DNA of 64,000 bases, taken from positions 240 through 64,239 of the forward strand of contig CAJQJL010000029.1 in NCBI GenBank assembly GCA_905478665.1, in the 5' to 3' direction. Positions 45,860 to 56,096 of the stretch are shown here, piece by piece (within the stretch, counting starts at the first letter, position 1; the number at the start of each line of letters is the position of its first letter). The translations under genes and the position numbers were made by a program. The stretch comes from an uncultured Flavobacteriales bacterium (GTDB lineage Bacteria > Bacteroidota > Bacteroidia > Flavobacteriales_D > Crocinitomicaceae). The notes under the pieces are model-generated. The model saw nothing but the letters and a program-made list of their open reading frames with translations. It had not been told where the DNA came from and searched no databases.

Positions 45860-46929
45860 AGTAGATCTTCGTACTTTTCGCAGATTGCATTCCAGGTGTA
45901 TTTTTCCAGAGCTATTTTTTTCATCGCGACTGCATTGTTCACAGGGTTGTTCGTGACTAAACAGGTTAACTCTTCAACATCGGCGAAATAAGCAGCTTGT
46001 TCATCAGTTGTTGCTCTGTTGTATCCAACATCAAATGCGGCAACATTTAGTCCAAGCATCATTGCTTCTACGAGTGAAGGATTTGTACCTCCCGCGGAGT
46101 GCCCGTGAATATAAATTGAACAATTGGAGCGAATTTCGTTGAGTAAGTGCTGATCATAAATAGGTGAGAGCAAGTGTATATTTTTAGCGTCCTTGTATTG
46201 CGCGTATAGCCTTTTTCCATAGTCACTGTATAGCCAGTTGCCGACAAAGACCAAGGTCTCAGGGATTCCATGGAAGCACTCTAAAATACTGTGAATGTTG
46301 TTTTCTGGTTCTATACGACAAACACTAAAGGCGTACGACTCTCGCAAAAATGGATAAGTCTTCTTGTTGTCCTCGGATAGTTCTAATTTCTCAACATGAT
46401 CTGCTCCGTATGGAATCATAACGGACTCAATGCCGTAGGACTCGTCAATGTATTCTTTGATTACAGGATTGTCTGCAATAATGAAATCTGCACGCTTTGC
46501 TGCTAATCGTTCGGAAGTTTTTAAATACCATTTGGCTAATTTGCCCCATTTATCACGTTTCCATTCGGTGCCATCAACATGAACAATGAATTTTCGTTTG
46601 AAAAATAGCTTGAAAAATGGAATTGCAAAACAGCCAGCTACTCCAAGAATGAGTAAAGTGTCATGCTTTCGAATAGCTTTAGCAATTGACCAAAGATCAT
46701 AAGGAATACTTTGGAATCCATTTGCTTTTAAGGGGACGTATTTTAGTTTTGCGCCGTTGTGTTCTGCCAATCGCTCAGGATAAGATTTACTGCTGCAATA
46801 CACCGTAATGTTGTACTTGCCCTCAAGTGTTTGGGTGAGGTATTCAACAAGCGTTTCAAAACCACCGTATTTGGCAGGAATTCCTACTGACCCTATGATG
46901 GCAACTTTTTTCAATCCAGTTTCTGACAA
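45856..46929 (-). CDS. Glycosyltransferase family 4 with DUF1972-type N-terminus
   Basis: 357 aa with VAIIGSVGIPAKYGGFETLVEYL (DUF1972 pattern) and a GT-B C-terminal half (HGHSAGGTNPSLVEAM). Confidence 0.8.
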   Translation of the reverse strand: MSETGLKKVAIIGSVGIPAKYGGFETLVEYLTQTLEGKYNITVYCSSKSYPERLAEHNGAKLKYVPLKANGFQSIPYDLWSIAKAIRKHDTLLILGVAGCFAIPFFKLFFKRKFIVHVDGTEWKRDKWGKLAKWYLKTSERLAAKRADFIIADNPVIKEYIDESYGIESVMIPYGADHVEKLELSEDNKKTYPFLRESYAFSVCRIEPENNIHSILECFHGIPETLVFVGNWLYSDYGKRLYAQYKDAKNIHLLSPIYDQHLLNEIRSNCSIYIHGHSAGGTNPSLVEAMMLGLNVAAFDVGYNRATTDEQAAYFADVEELTCLVTNNPVNNAVAMKKIALEKYTWNAICEKYEDLL

Positions 46930-46950
46930 ATGCGTTTCTTGAATACCAAG

Positions 46951-48081
46951 TTAATTATTTTGATTCAGCAAGTGGGAGTACAGTGCTTTTGTTCGCTCAC
47001 CTATAATCTTCCAATCGAATTTATCCTTGAGGAGTTCAGAGGCTTTGCTGCTGACCTCTTTTAATTTGTTTTTATCACGTTCAATCTCCAATAGAACTCT
47101 GGATAAATCTTGCGCGGATTCAGATTGAAAGAGAAAACCATTTTTTCCATGCTCAATGATTTCAGAAAAAGGTTCTAGGTCTGATGTCAAACACGACTTT
47201 TCGTAACTCATAGACAAAAGTAAAACCCCACTTTGGTAGATCCGTTTGTAGGGGAGAACAACTAAATCACACTTAGCAAAGTAATCTGCGACATCTTCGT
47301 TCGGAATGTATTCAAACACTGTCTTTACATGTTGTTCCAGACCATGAAATTTGATCAGTTCCGTGTATTTCTCACTTTCAGTATGCCAAGGCCTGCCTGC
47401 AATTGTTAAGTGAATTGTCGGTTTTGTTTGGATGGCAATTGCGAGCGCTTCCAGAAGTACATCTAGTCCTTTCATTTCTTTGATTTGACCAAAGAATAAC
47501 AGAGACAGTTTTTCTGAATGTGATTCCGATTTGTCAATGCGTTCAATGAAAGGGAGGTAGTTTCCATGAGGGATCACGGTGATTTTTCCAGACGAGACAT
47601 CCTTTTTTGAGAGCTCTTTTCTGCTGAATTCATTGTGGACGATCACATGATCAACAAGTTTGTATGTTAATCGATGAAGTCGAGAAGATGCTTTGTTAAC
47701 CAAAGGATCAACGTCATGTAAGGTCAATACTTTTTTAAATGAATACCTTTTCGCCATGCGCAATACGATCAGGTTTAGCCAGCTAATTTGGAAGAAGTGA
47801 AAGTGAGCTACAGCTGCATTATTCTTCTTTGAATCTTGAAAAGAGCGCATATATCCACCAAGAAATGCCCTGAGTTTTGCCAACTTGTTCTTCTTCCATA
47901 CATCTCCAAAAGTCTTTGATGTAATTACGTTGGGGTATTCGCGCGTTTGCGTTTCATTGCAAGTGTAAAGTGTAACTTCCAATCCATTTGTGGCAATTCC
48001 GTTCGCAAGACCATAATCATAGAAGTCCATGCCGCCATGTCCTCCAACGGGTTCGATGATACTTATTCTTCCGACTGACAC
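46951..48081 (-). CDS. Glycosyltransferase family 4 (GT-B)
   Basis: 376 aa with the EPVGGHGGMDFYD N-terminus and an EX7E-like region in the C-terminal half (...SYEKSCLTSDLEPFSEIIEHGKNGFL). Confidence 0.8.
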   Translation of the reverse strand: MSVGRISIIEPVGGHGGMDFYDYGLANGIATNGLEVTLYTCNETQTREYPNVITSKTFGDVWKKNKLAKLRAFLGGYMRSFQDSKKNNAAVAHFHFFQISWLNLIVLRMAKRYSFKKVLTLHDVDPLVNKASSRLHRLTYKLVDHVIVHNEFSRKELSKKDVSSGKITVIPHGNYLPFIERIDKSESHSEKLSLLFFGQIKEMKGLDVLLEALAIAIQTKPTIHLTIAGRPWHTESEKYTELIKFHGLEQHVKTVFEYIPNEDVADYFAKCDLVVLPYKRIYQSGVLLLSMSYEKSCLTSDLEPFSEIIEHGKNGFLFQSESAQDLSRVLLEIERDKNKLKEVSSKASELLKDKFDWKIIGERTKALYSHLLNQNN

Positions 48082-48572
48082 GTTGCTTCGTTGAATCGTT
48101 TCATAATTTTCGCAGGCGAACCAGTCATCACTGAGCCTGGAGGAACATCTCTGGTAATAACTGAATTGGCGCCAATGATGGATCCTTTGCCGATGGTAAC
48201 TGGCTTGGCAATTACAACGTTGAAACCGATAAAGACATCTTCCTCAATCACTACCTTTCCTTGATAAAATCGGAAATAGTAATCGTCGTCCTCGGAGAGT
48301 TTATCGGTATCTAAAAAGTGCGTAAGTATTTTGACCCCTGAAGTAATAATACAGCGTTTACCAATCCGTACATTCTTTGGATAGATCCCATCGATGATGA
48401 TGTTATCGCCAAAGAAAACCGACCCAACGTCATCAAATTGAACACCACGCATTTTATGGAGGCGTGCTCTGAAATTGCCAGGAAAAATTTCTTTTCGCGC
48501 AAGAATCTGCAATAACTTGTTTATCACTCTGCGGAAACTAGTGACCTTTCGTGCTTCAACTTCCTTGCTCAT
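48063..48572 (-). CDS. Hexapeptide-repeat (LbH) O-acetyltransferase
   Basis: 169 aa with left-handed beta-helix repeats (IGKRCIITSGVKI, IGFNVVIAKPVTIGKGSIIGANSVI) and a PPGSVMTGSPAK tail. Confidence 0.8.
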   Translation of the reverse strand: MSKEVEARKVTSFRRVINKLLQILARKEIFPGNFRARLHKMRGVQFDDVGSVFFGDNIIIDGIYPKNVRIGKRCIITSGVKILTHFLDTDKLSEDDDYYFRFYQGKVVIEEDVFIGFNVVIAKPVTIGKGSIIGANSVITRDVPPGSVMTGSPAKIMKRFNEATCQSEE

Positions 48573-49440
48573 GATGGATGTTTTTTAAGTCCCATAGCTG
48601 AAATAAATCAACATTAATTAAATCGGATAGTGATTGAATGTCATTTCTAAAACAATTGTACAAAAAAATCGCCGATTCCTTGTCTATTGTTGTTTTGGGA
48701 GCTGGCTTGTATAGGACGTTTTTGAAACCGTTTATTAGTTTTTTTGGAACCACAAATTTCAAGGCGGAGACTAATTTTCTGTTCTTCTGTAAATAACGTG
48801 CTACCGAGTTTCTAGGCGCTTTATTCGCATTAACAACCGTATCCGTTGTTACTGAGGAGTCGATGCGTTCAATTCCTAAAAATTGATATAGACCATCAAG
48901 CTCAGCTTCAATTTTTTCTAAAAGAAGAATGTGTATGTTTTCACGCTTGAAGTATTTCAAATAATTGGAAATATTTTCGAAATAGAGGCTATTTTGGACG
49001 TATTGAAGGTAGTGCGGGTCGTTCTTATGTCCAGCGATGTAACTCATGAACGATTCTTCAGCATGCCCCATACGCTTGTCCATTTGGTAATGAGAGAAGG
49101 CCCGCTTGATTGGATTTCTCAGGGCAATGATAATCTTAGAATCAGGGTTGAACTGATACAGTTTTTCTGCCACGGAGGGAAAGGCAAAATAGGAAACACT
49201 TGCATCCACAATGTACTTCTGATTTTCAGCGGAAGAATATAAGCTGAGGTATTTTTTTCGTTCCTTTATTTTGTAGTCTTTGTAATAAGAGTTGACTGAG
49301 AGTTCATCAAAGGAAAAATGGTTCAATTCCTTGATTTTCGGAAAATGCAATTCAGGGTGATCCTTCAATGCTGCGAACAAAAATGTAGTCCCCGCTTTCG
49401 GAGCACCAACAATGAATAAGTTTGGTTGCCTGATCTTCAT
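48556..49440 (-). CDS. PAPS-dependent sulfotransferase 1
   Basis: 294 aa with 5'-PSB loop FIVGAPKAGTTFL and 3'-PB motif ALRNPIKRAFSHY. Confidence 0.85.
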   Translation of the reverse strand: MKIRQPNLFIVGAPKAGTTFLFAALKDHPELHFPKIKELNHFSFDELSVNSYYKDYKIKERKKYLSLYSSAENQKYIVDASVSYFAFPSVAEKLYQFNPDSKIIIALRNPIKRAFSHYQMDKRMGHAEESFMSYIAGHKNDPHYLQYVQNSLYFENISNYLKYFKRENIHILLLEKIEAELDGLYQFLGIERIDSSVTTDTVVNANKAPRNSVARYLQKNRKLVSALKFVVPKKLINGFKNVLYKPAPKTTIDKESAIFLYNCFRNDIQSLSDLINVDLFQLWDLKNIHHEQGS

Positions 49441-49441
49441 T

Positions 49442-50332
49442 TTACCAGTTCGGTTTTTTTCGATTGTATTTGTTCATCAACTGATTGAATTCAAGGTTGT
49501 AATCTTTGTAAAATTCGTTGAGTTCTTCAGAAACACCTTCAGTAGGCTGGTCGTATTTCGAGTGATTTAGTCTACCATAAATTTTCTTTAGAAAGTTCTT
49601 CAGACGCACATTTTTTCTAAAAAACCGTTCGTTTTTCAGAAAGATTTTGGATGCAAGAACACCGACTTTTTGGTTCGTTGGTTTGAAGGACTGGTTCTCG
49701 ACACTGAAATTGTAATTCTTATATGAATCAGGAATTTCCAGCCAATCGCAAATAGTGTTCATTGTTTCGTGTGGCGAAGTAATCAAGTCCTCAAAATAGA
49801 CAATTTTCAAATCGTCGCCAAACGCATTCAGCCACGGTTCGACGTACATGACATAACAACTTTCACGAAGGGATCGATTATAAAAATTATCAAGGTGAAC
49901 ACCATCTTCTTGAAACTGTTTAAAGGCTGCTTGTGACTTCTTATAGAACTCTAAAAGTGTTTCCTTTCCTGAAATCCGTCCAGCTTTTATCGCTTGTTTG
50001 TAGAAAGAAACAAAACGCTTGGACGGGTTTCGAAGAATAAGAAGAACCTTTACTTTTTTGAGTTTTTTAAGTTGATTGATTACAGCGTCTCCTCCGTACA
50101 AATACGATGGACTTACATCTAAGAGAATATCATCTGATTTTGCATCTTTGAAATTTTCGTAGTACGTCTCAATCGAATCGATCTTCTCATTATATACGAG
50201 CGGCGTAAAAAAGTGAAGTTCTTTTTTGAGAGGAGCATAACAGCGATCATGATCGCCCAAATATTTGTAGAGTGATGTTGTTCCTCCCTTATGCACGCCA
50301 GGGATAATTAGGTATGAATTCTCGCTACTCAT
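49442..50332 (-). CDS. PAPS-dependent sulfotransferase 2
   Basis: 296 aa with 5'-PSB loop IIPGVHKGGTTSL and 3'-PB motif ILRNPSKRFVSFY. Confidence 0.8.
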   Translation of the reverse strand: MSSENSYLIIPGVHKGGTTSLYKYLGDHDRCYAPLKKELHFFTPLVYNEKIDSIETYYENFKDAKSDDILLDVSPSYLYGGDAVINQLKKLKKVKVLLILRNPSKRFVSFYKQAIKAGRISGKETLLEFYKKSQAAFKQFQEDGVHLDNFYNRSLRESCYVMYVEPWLNAFGDDLKIVYFEDLITSPHETMNTICDWLEIPDSYKNYNFSVENQSFKPTNQKVGVLASKIFLKNERFFRKNVRLKNFLKKIYGRLNHSKYDQPTEGVSEELNEFYKDYNLEFNQLMNKYNRKKPNW

Positions 50333-51258
50333 GCCTCTTTATAGGATAATGATCTCATTACTTTAAATGCCGCTCGAAGAACTTTAAATCGTTGAGGCGA
50401 TCGAAGGAGTATCCGGAATAGGGTTTTGAAAAAGCTGAACCAATAATTCCTTCTAAACTTTCTGAATGCTTTGCCCTGGAGATGCTTACGAAATGTAACC
50501 CATTGATTCCGCTTCTTGTGGTAGAAGTGAAAATCTAACGCAAGGTTTTTTGAATGCATCCCTTTGTACTTGTTTTTATCACCAAAACTACCTTGTACTT
50601 TATGATAGATAATTGCGTCTGCCGTGTACCAGATTTTAATGTTTTTTTTCGCTGCCCTGATTGAGAGTTCAAGGTCTTCAGCATACATGAAAAAAATCTC
50701 ATCAAAGCCTTCCAATTCTTCGATTGCTTTCCTTGAAAAAAGGATTACACAACCAGAAACAAAAGTAACATAGCGCGATTTGTTGGCCCCTTCAGGACTA
50801 GCCTGTTGATTAAATTCGACGATTTTCGGCCAGCCTTTTTGGTAGTCTATTTCGCCTCCGCCGTACCAGACAAGTGTTGGGTCGTCAGCGAACATTGTTT
50901 TACATGTTACGATACCAGCATTTTGTTCTTTGAGACATGCTTGCATGGTTTGTAAACTTCCAGCGGTAATAAGGGTGTCGTTGTTCAACAATAACAGAGA
51001 ATCAAAATGGATATGTTCTCGCGCCCAATTAATTCCAATATTGTTTGCTTTGCCAAAGCCAAGATTCTCTCCCGTCTGGATTAGATGCATACTGTCGTCT
51101 AGGATCTCAACAAGGCTTGTGTCACTTGGTTCTGAATTGTCGACGATAATAATAAAAGAATGCTTTTCTGAGCGTAGACGGATACTTTCTACACAGGCTT
51201 TTGTGTCTTTAAAGCCGTGGTAGTTTACTAATACAATGACCAGTTTCTTATGTATCAT
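50329..51258 (-). CDS. Glycosyltransferase family 2
   Basis: 309 aa with IVLVNYHGFKDTKACVESI, DNSEP (DxD-like) and GFGKANN, typical of a rhamnosyltransferase-like GT2. Confidence 0.85.
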   Translation of the reverse strand: MIHKKLVIVLVNYHGFKDTKACVESIRLRSEKHSFIIIVDNSEPSDTSLVEILDDSMHLIQTGENLGFGKANNIGINWAREHIHFDSLLLLNNDTLITAGSLQTMQACLKEQNAGIVTCKTMFADDPTLVWYGGGEIDYQKGWPKIVEFNQQASPEGANKSRYVTFVSGCVILFSRKAIEELEGFDEIFFMYAEDLELSIRAAKKNIKIWYTADAIIYHKVQGSFGDKNKYKGMHSKNLALDFHFYHKKRNQWVTFRKHLQGKAFRKFRRNYWFSFFKTLFRILLRSPQRFKVLRAAFKVMRSLSYKEA

Positions 51259-52465
51259 CGTCCTCAGTTTGAGTTTTGAGTTCCCTTCTTCCTACCTCAA
51301 CAAAAACAAGTATACACATGAATTCAGCTGGAGAATTAAGAGATCTTCCTGTTAAGATAGTATGAATAATCAGAAAGAGTAAAAAGAGCTTGAATTCGGC
51401 ACTAAGTACTTCTCTAATTAAAGCACCCTTGGCAAGGCTTTTCCAAACGTAATGCGATTGTTTAAAGAAGATAAGTAAACCGAAAATGCCATATGAGTAT
51501 AAGATACCGATAAGTCCAATGTCGGAGACGTGAAAATAGCTTGTTTTAGAAACTTTGTCTTTCTCGCTACTTCGAATTCGTCCTACTCCAGTGAGCGGAT
51601 ATTTTTTTATGCTTTCAAGGGCAAATAATGATTGCGTTACTCGAATTGCCATTGATGAATCGGAGAAATCGTCACTGTTTTCTTCAAAAATTTCAAATGT
51701 TGCACTCATCTTTTTAGCGAATTCTTGACCAATTGGGGTGACTGACAATACCGTTACTAGAATTGGGACAACGAAAATGGTAATTGCTATTATTTTTAGC
51801 CCTACGGTTCTTTTTCGGTAATTGAAAAGCAATACTCCCAGACACATGGCGAACACGAATAACAGATAACGTTGAAAATCTGCCCAGTGATTAACCGAGA
51901 AAAGTATTAACGCAAAAGCAAGGTATTTGAAATGGTTTTTTTTGAAGAATTGAACGAGATAGATGATGGCTCCAAGGTTGACAATTCCTTTTCTCAGTGA
52001 TTGAAAACCGAAGACGGTATCGCTGGATGTGCTTGAAGGGAACTGCACTTGAAGCAAGAAGAGCAATGCAAAGAATGCAAGGAAAACCCATGCCGTCGAC
52101 AGTAGGCTTTTTCTTACAAGTTCCATGCTAATGGAATAGCGGATAAGGAGATAGTAGATGAGAAAAGAAGTTCCAACGATGAATATGGAAGAGCTGGCAA
52201 TAAATCCAGAAAAGTACGATTGATGATGAATCGATTTTGCCGATATTATCGAGATCGCAAGTAGAGCAATAAATAAAAGTCCAAATTGACGCAAAGGCTT
52301 GGGAAACTTTCTGAAATAGATTCCAAATACGCCAAACCCTACAGCACTGATGGCCATTGATGCGTATTTTGCATACTTAGCCACTGTGGTAAGAGCAAAT
52401 GCATCAAGGGTTAAGACGAGTGCCGTAATGATGATTAGGAGTGCTATGTACTTCCTTTTTATCAA
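51248..52465 (-). CDS. O-antigen/EPS polymerase (Wzy-like) membrane protein
   Basis: 405 aa with 10 or more TM segments and a larger loop late in the sequence. It lies inside the Wzx/Wzy locus. The family is poorly conserved, so the call is mainly positional. Confidence 0.55.
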   Translation of the reverse strand: MIKRKYIALLIIITALVLTLDAFALTTVAKYAKYASMAISAVGFGVFGIYFRKFPKPLRQFGLLFIALLAISIISAKSIHHQSYFSGFIASSSIFIVGTSFLIYYLLIRYSISMELVRKSLLSTAWVFLAFFALLFLLQVQFPSSTSSDTVFGFQSLRKGIVNLGAIIYLVQFFKKNHFKYLAFALILFSVNHWADFQRYLLFVFAMCLGVLLFNYRKRTVGLKIIAITIFVVPILVTVLSVTPIGQEFAKKMSATFEIFEENSDDFSDSSMAIRVTQSLFALESIKKYPLTGVGRIRSSEKDKVSKTSYFHVSDIGLIGILYSYGIFGLLIFFKQSHYVWKSLAKGALIREVLSAEFKLFLLFLIIHTILTGRSLNSPAEFMCILVFVEVGRRELKTQTEDDDT

Positions 52466-53430
52466 GTTGTTTGTTTACCTCCCTTCCAAAAGGAGAAATC
52501 TATATTCGTTAGTTCTGTTAATGTTTCAATTTCGTTCGCGTAATAGTGCTCGAAGAGTTCATCTCGTTTTACAGCGTCTAACCTAGCTTGCAGTCCAATT
52601 TCCTGACTATTGATTTGTCCTACTTTTTGCTTCATAGCCCGACGTGTTTTTTGTGGAATGAGGGGCTTGATCATGCGCTTAAGTAAATTATTTTTATTCA
52701 CTAGCTGTTGTACCTTTTTTGACTTCGTTTCCGATGCAACATTGCTCTTAATCGATGTGTTTAATTTAACGTATTTCACTCCAAGAAAAGACTGAATAAT
52801 TTTTAATGTGTCGTCCAGCCCTTGTTTAATGTTCTGTTCAAAAGAAAGAATAAGGATGTTCTCTGCTGGAAATAAATTAAGGTATCGCTTTACTTGTGAT
52901 ACGTATCTTCCCCGATCCAGATAGCTAAAATGATTTCGCTCAAAATCTCCTTGTAAAATACGTTTTGGTTCTGCTTCAATTGCTTCTTCAAAACTTAGTT
53001 CTTCAAATCCGCGTCGCTTTGACATCAGATAGTGAGAATAGGCACGGTCCACAGGATGGCGTAGTACGATGATGAGTTTAAGATCTTCAGTGAGATGTTC
53101 GGCAATGCGTGATGGGACTTCAGGATAATACAAGTATTCGGGTGTCATTGCGCCAATAATGGGCTCATCGTTATAGGTGCTAAAAAATTCGTTCATCCAC
53201 CAGTCAAGTCCTTTTTTGTATCGGTCTTCGTTATCAAAAAAATGTGCCTCCTTTCTTTCTGGCAAATAAACTTGTGGATGTTGTTTTAAAATATCGTGCA
53301 GACTTGTTGTCCCAGCCTTTTGGGCTCCTACACAAAGGAAATTTGGAGTCTTGGATTTATTCACGATAGCGAATGAGTTTAGCAGGAACCCCACCGAAGA
53401 TGGCGTTTTCGGGGACATCCTTTGTGACAA
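52462..53430 (-). CDS. PAPS-dependent sulfotransferase 3
   Basis: 5'-PSB loop LCVGAQKAGTTSL and 3'-PB motif VLRHPVDRAYSHY. The ORF-track start overlaps the upstream gene by 74 nt. A GTG at 53364 (VNKSKTPNF...) gives an 8-nt overlap and an N-terminus the same length as the two paralogs. Confidence 0.85.
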   Translation of the reverse strand: MSQRMSPKTPSSVGFLLNSFAIVNKSKTPNFLCVGAQKAGTTSLHDILKQHPQVYLPERKEAHFFDNEDRYKKGLDWWMNEFFSTYNDEPIIGAMTPEYLYYPEVPSRIAEHLTEDLKLIIVLRHPVDRAYSHYLMSKRRGFEELSFEEAIEAEPKRILQGDFERNHFSYLDRGRYVSQVKRYLNLFPAENILILSFEQNIKQGLDDTLKIIQSFLGVKYVKLNTSIKSNVASETKSKKVQQLVNKNNLLKRMIKPLIPQKTRRAMKQKVGQINSQEIGLQARLDAVKRDELFEHYYANEIETLTELTNIDFSFWKGGKQTT

Positions 53431-53914
53431 CTGCGTTTGCTCCGATGATTGCGCCTGAACCGATTGTAATCCCTTTTGTAATTACAGCGCCATGTCCTAT
53501 CCAGACGTTGTCGTTGATAATAATTGGAGCCGTTGTAATGCCTTGTTCAATCATTGGTATATTGATGTTAGAAAATCCGTGATCGGTATCTCGAATTGAC
53601 ACGCTTTGGGCAATCATTACGTTCTTACCAATGTCGATTTTCTCATTGCAGCCTATCGTTGAAAATGAACCAATAAACGAACGTTCTCCAAGGCGGATTT
53701 CACCAGATCCTTGAATCAGAACATCGCTGTAGATATTCGCGCGATTTTCAAGTGTTAATTTCAAGCGCGAATTTTGTTTCGAGAAAGGACGAATTGTCAC
53801 GCGTTTTCGAACAGTATTATTGCCCTTTAACTGAATGTATGGAGAATATCGCATTCGGAAGGCAAGAGTACTCATGCGGTCTTTTAATCGATATATGAAA
53901 GTATGGATACTCAT
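53357..53914 (-). CDS. Hexapeptide-repeat (LbH) O-acetyltransferase
   Basis: 185 aa with IGKNVMIAQSVSI, IGHGAVITKGITIGSGAIIGANAVV and ENAIFGGVPAKLI. Confidence 0.8.
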   Translation of the reverse strand: MSIHTFIYRLKDRMSTLAFRMRYSPYIQLKGNNTVRKRVTIRPFSKQNSRLKLTLENRANIYSDVLIQGSGEIRLGERSFIGSFSTIGCNEKIDIGKNVMIAQSVSIRDTDHGFSNINIPMIEQGITTAPIIINDNVWIGHGAVITKGITIGSGAIIGANAVVTKDVPENAIFGGVPAKLIRYRE

Positions 53915-53915
53915 C

Positions 53916-55241
53916 TTAGTTTACTAGGGGGAAATAATATGTTTTCAGCTTCAGTCTTTTACTTACGTATAAAATGCACATTAGGTTCCAAAGAGAGCCC
54001 GCAACGGTTGATGCGATTGCTGCGCCCAGAATACCCATAAGAGGAATGAGGATCACCGCTATGATGCATTGGAGGGCCAAAGATATGAGTGCTGTATTCC
54101 GCAAAACTTTTTGATTACCACTCATATTTAAAAAAAGGCCGACTGATCCTGTTGCCGCATTTATGAGCTGTCCAATAACCAAAACTATCAGCGTAAGTTG
54201 ACCGCTAGCAAAATCATCTCCGAAGATTCCAAGCACCCATTTTGAAGCGATAATCACTGCTATCGAAAGGAATAATGCGGCCCAAAACATCATCTTCGCA
54301 CTTTGACGAATGACCTTTTGAAGTTCTTCTGTTTTCTTCGCCCAAAACAACTCCGAGAATTTAGGAGCGGCAATGGTATTCACAACAACCAAAACAATAG
54401 CGATCAGCTGCGAAATCCGGAACGCTACTCCATAAATTCCAACTTTGTCGGTCGTTGTAAAATATTCGATCATGAACAGTGATACTGCCGCCATAAGCGT
54501 CGAAGAGATAGCCGTAACCATCATTGGTGTGGACACAGTAAGTAGTTCTATTCTGGAAAGAAGTCTTTTTTTAGGTGATTCTATTTTTAACAGATACATC
54601 CAAATAGCGCCATTTGAAAAGAAGCTGTTGATGACAACTCCCAGTACAAAGAAGTAAATGATATAAACGTTGGGAATCTTTGCTGACCAATAGATGATTA
54701 AGCAAATGGCCACGATCAATGGGCGCAATACGCTGCGAATAAACTCTGATATTTTTAATTTTTTCAGTCCACGAATAAACTCGACTCCAATACGATTCAG
54801 TGCAAAGAAGGGAAGCGCGATTCCTGTAATTTCAATAGCTTGGGTGTAATTAATATTCTTGAAAACGTAAAGGGCAATTTGTTCTGAAGAGAGAAAAACC
54901 AGAAGTCCAAGCACAATGCTGACAGGAATAACCATGGAGAGAATCCGTGCGTACAAATTGCGCATTTGAGGGGCGTCAGTTGCGTTGTTGTATTGTCCCA
55001 CGTAACGCAGAACAGACACGTTCATTCCAAGCGTGGCGATAACTCCAAGAAGAAGCAGTAATTGATTGATCAGACTGTAGTAGCCAACGCCTTCCGCACC
55101 GTTCTTTCTGGAAATCAAATAGATAACGACATAGCCAAGGGTCATCCCCGTTATTTTCAATACAAAAGTGATTGCACTGCCCGTAAGTAGCTCTTTTAGA
55201 TTGGCATCTTTAGACAGCTTTGATTTTAACCGATTGATCAT
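53916..55241 (-). CDS. wzx: Wzx-type oligosaccharide flippase (MOP superfamily)
   Basis: 441 aa with about 12 TM segments and the polysaccharide-biosynthesis-protein N-terminal pattern (LKELLTGSAITFVLKITGMTLGYV). Confidence 0.8.
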   Translation of the reverse strand: MINRLKSKLSKDANLKELLTGSAITFVLKITGMTLGYVVIYLISRKNGAEGVGYYSLINQLLLLLGVIATLGMNVSVLRYVGQYNNATDAPQMRNLYARILSMVIPVSIVLGLLVFLSSEQIALYVFKNINYTQAIEITGIALPFFALNRIGVEFIRGLKKLKISEFIRSVLRPLIVAICLIIYWSAKIPNVYIIYFFVLGVVINSFFSNGAIWMYLLKIESPKKRLLSRIELLTVSTPMMVTAISSTLMAAVSLFMIEYFTTTDKVGIYGVAFRISQLIAIVLVVVNTIAAPKFSELFWAKKTEELQKVIRQSAKMMFWAALFLSIAVIIASKWVLGIFGDDFASGQLTLIVLVIGQLINAATGSVGLFLNMSGNQKVLRNTALISLALQCIIAVILIPLMGILGAAIASTVAGSLWNLMCILYVSKRLKLKTYYFPLVN

Positions 55242-55289
55242 TGCATTCTAAAGATACGCTCTTTCAGCTATGAATTCGGCGATTGGAAG

Positions 55290-56090
55290 CTATTTTACCA
55301 AAAACCAATTGTTGAGAAGGTTCTCACGATTGTAAAGCATGGTTTTTTGTGTTTTCCAATCGATAACATCAAATCCAGCGTGCATGCAAATAGCCTGTCC
55401 AGCAGCAGTGTCCCATTCCATCGTAGGAGCAAAACGTGGATAACAGTCTGCAGCGCCTTCGGCAACCATACAAAGTTTAAGCGAACTGCCCTTTGAAATA
55501 AGATCAACGCTTCCGTGTTTTTCTTTAAGGTCGTCTATGTAGTCTTGTGTTTCTTCTGATAAATGCGAACGGCTTGCAACAATCGTATAGGTTGATCTAT
55601 TTTTATCGAGTGGGAGTTTTACTCCATGCTTAAGAACATTAATTGTCATTTGAAATTGATCAATATTTTCTGACTTATAAGCTCCATTTTCTTTCGTGGA
55701 GAAATACAATTCATCTAGGGCAGGGACGCAGATGATTCCTAGTATGGGAATTTGATTTTCAACCAGCGCGATATTTACAGTGAACTCACCATTTTTTTTG
55801 ATGAATTCTTTCGTTCCGTCAATTGGATCAACAATCCATAGTGTATTCCAGTCTTTTCTGTCCGAGTAGGGCATGTGTTTACCTTCCTCCGATAGGACGG
55901 GGATTCCAGTTTTATTTAGGTGTTCAACGATAATTTCATGTGCGGCAACATCTGCGCGAGTAAGTGGTGAATTATCAGATTTGAAATCAACGTCAAAGTC
56001 ATCGGTTTCATAGATTTCCATAATTCGCTTTCCTGCTTCAATGGCTGCCATAGCTGCTAGGTGCAGGTATGAATTAAGGTCATCTTTCAT
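55290..56090 (-). CDS. cysQ: 3'(2'),5'-bisphosphate nucleotidase (PAP phosphatase)
   Basis: 266 aa with inositol-monophosphatase-family motifs LSEE..., WIVDPIDGTKEF and WDTAAG. Confidence 0.88.
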   Translation of the reverse strand: MKDDLNSYLHLAAMAAIEAGKRIMEIYETDDFDVDFKSDNSPLTRADVAAHEIIVEHLNKTGIPVLSEEGKHMPYSDRKDWNTLWIVDPIDGTKEFIKKNGEFTVNIALVENQIPILGIICVPALDELYFSTKENGAYKSENIDQFQMTINVLKHGVKLPLDKNRSTYTIVASRSHLSEETQDYIDDLKEKHGSVDLISKGSSLKLCMVAEGAADCYPRFAPTMEWDTAAGQAICMHAGFDVIDWKTQKTMLYNRENLLNNWFLVK

Positions 56091-56096
56091 AGTGTC

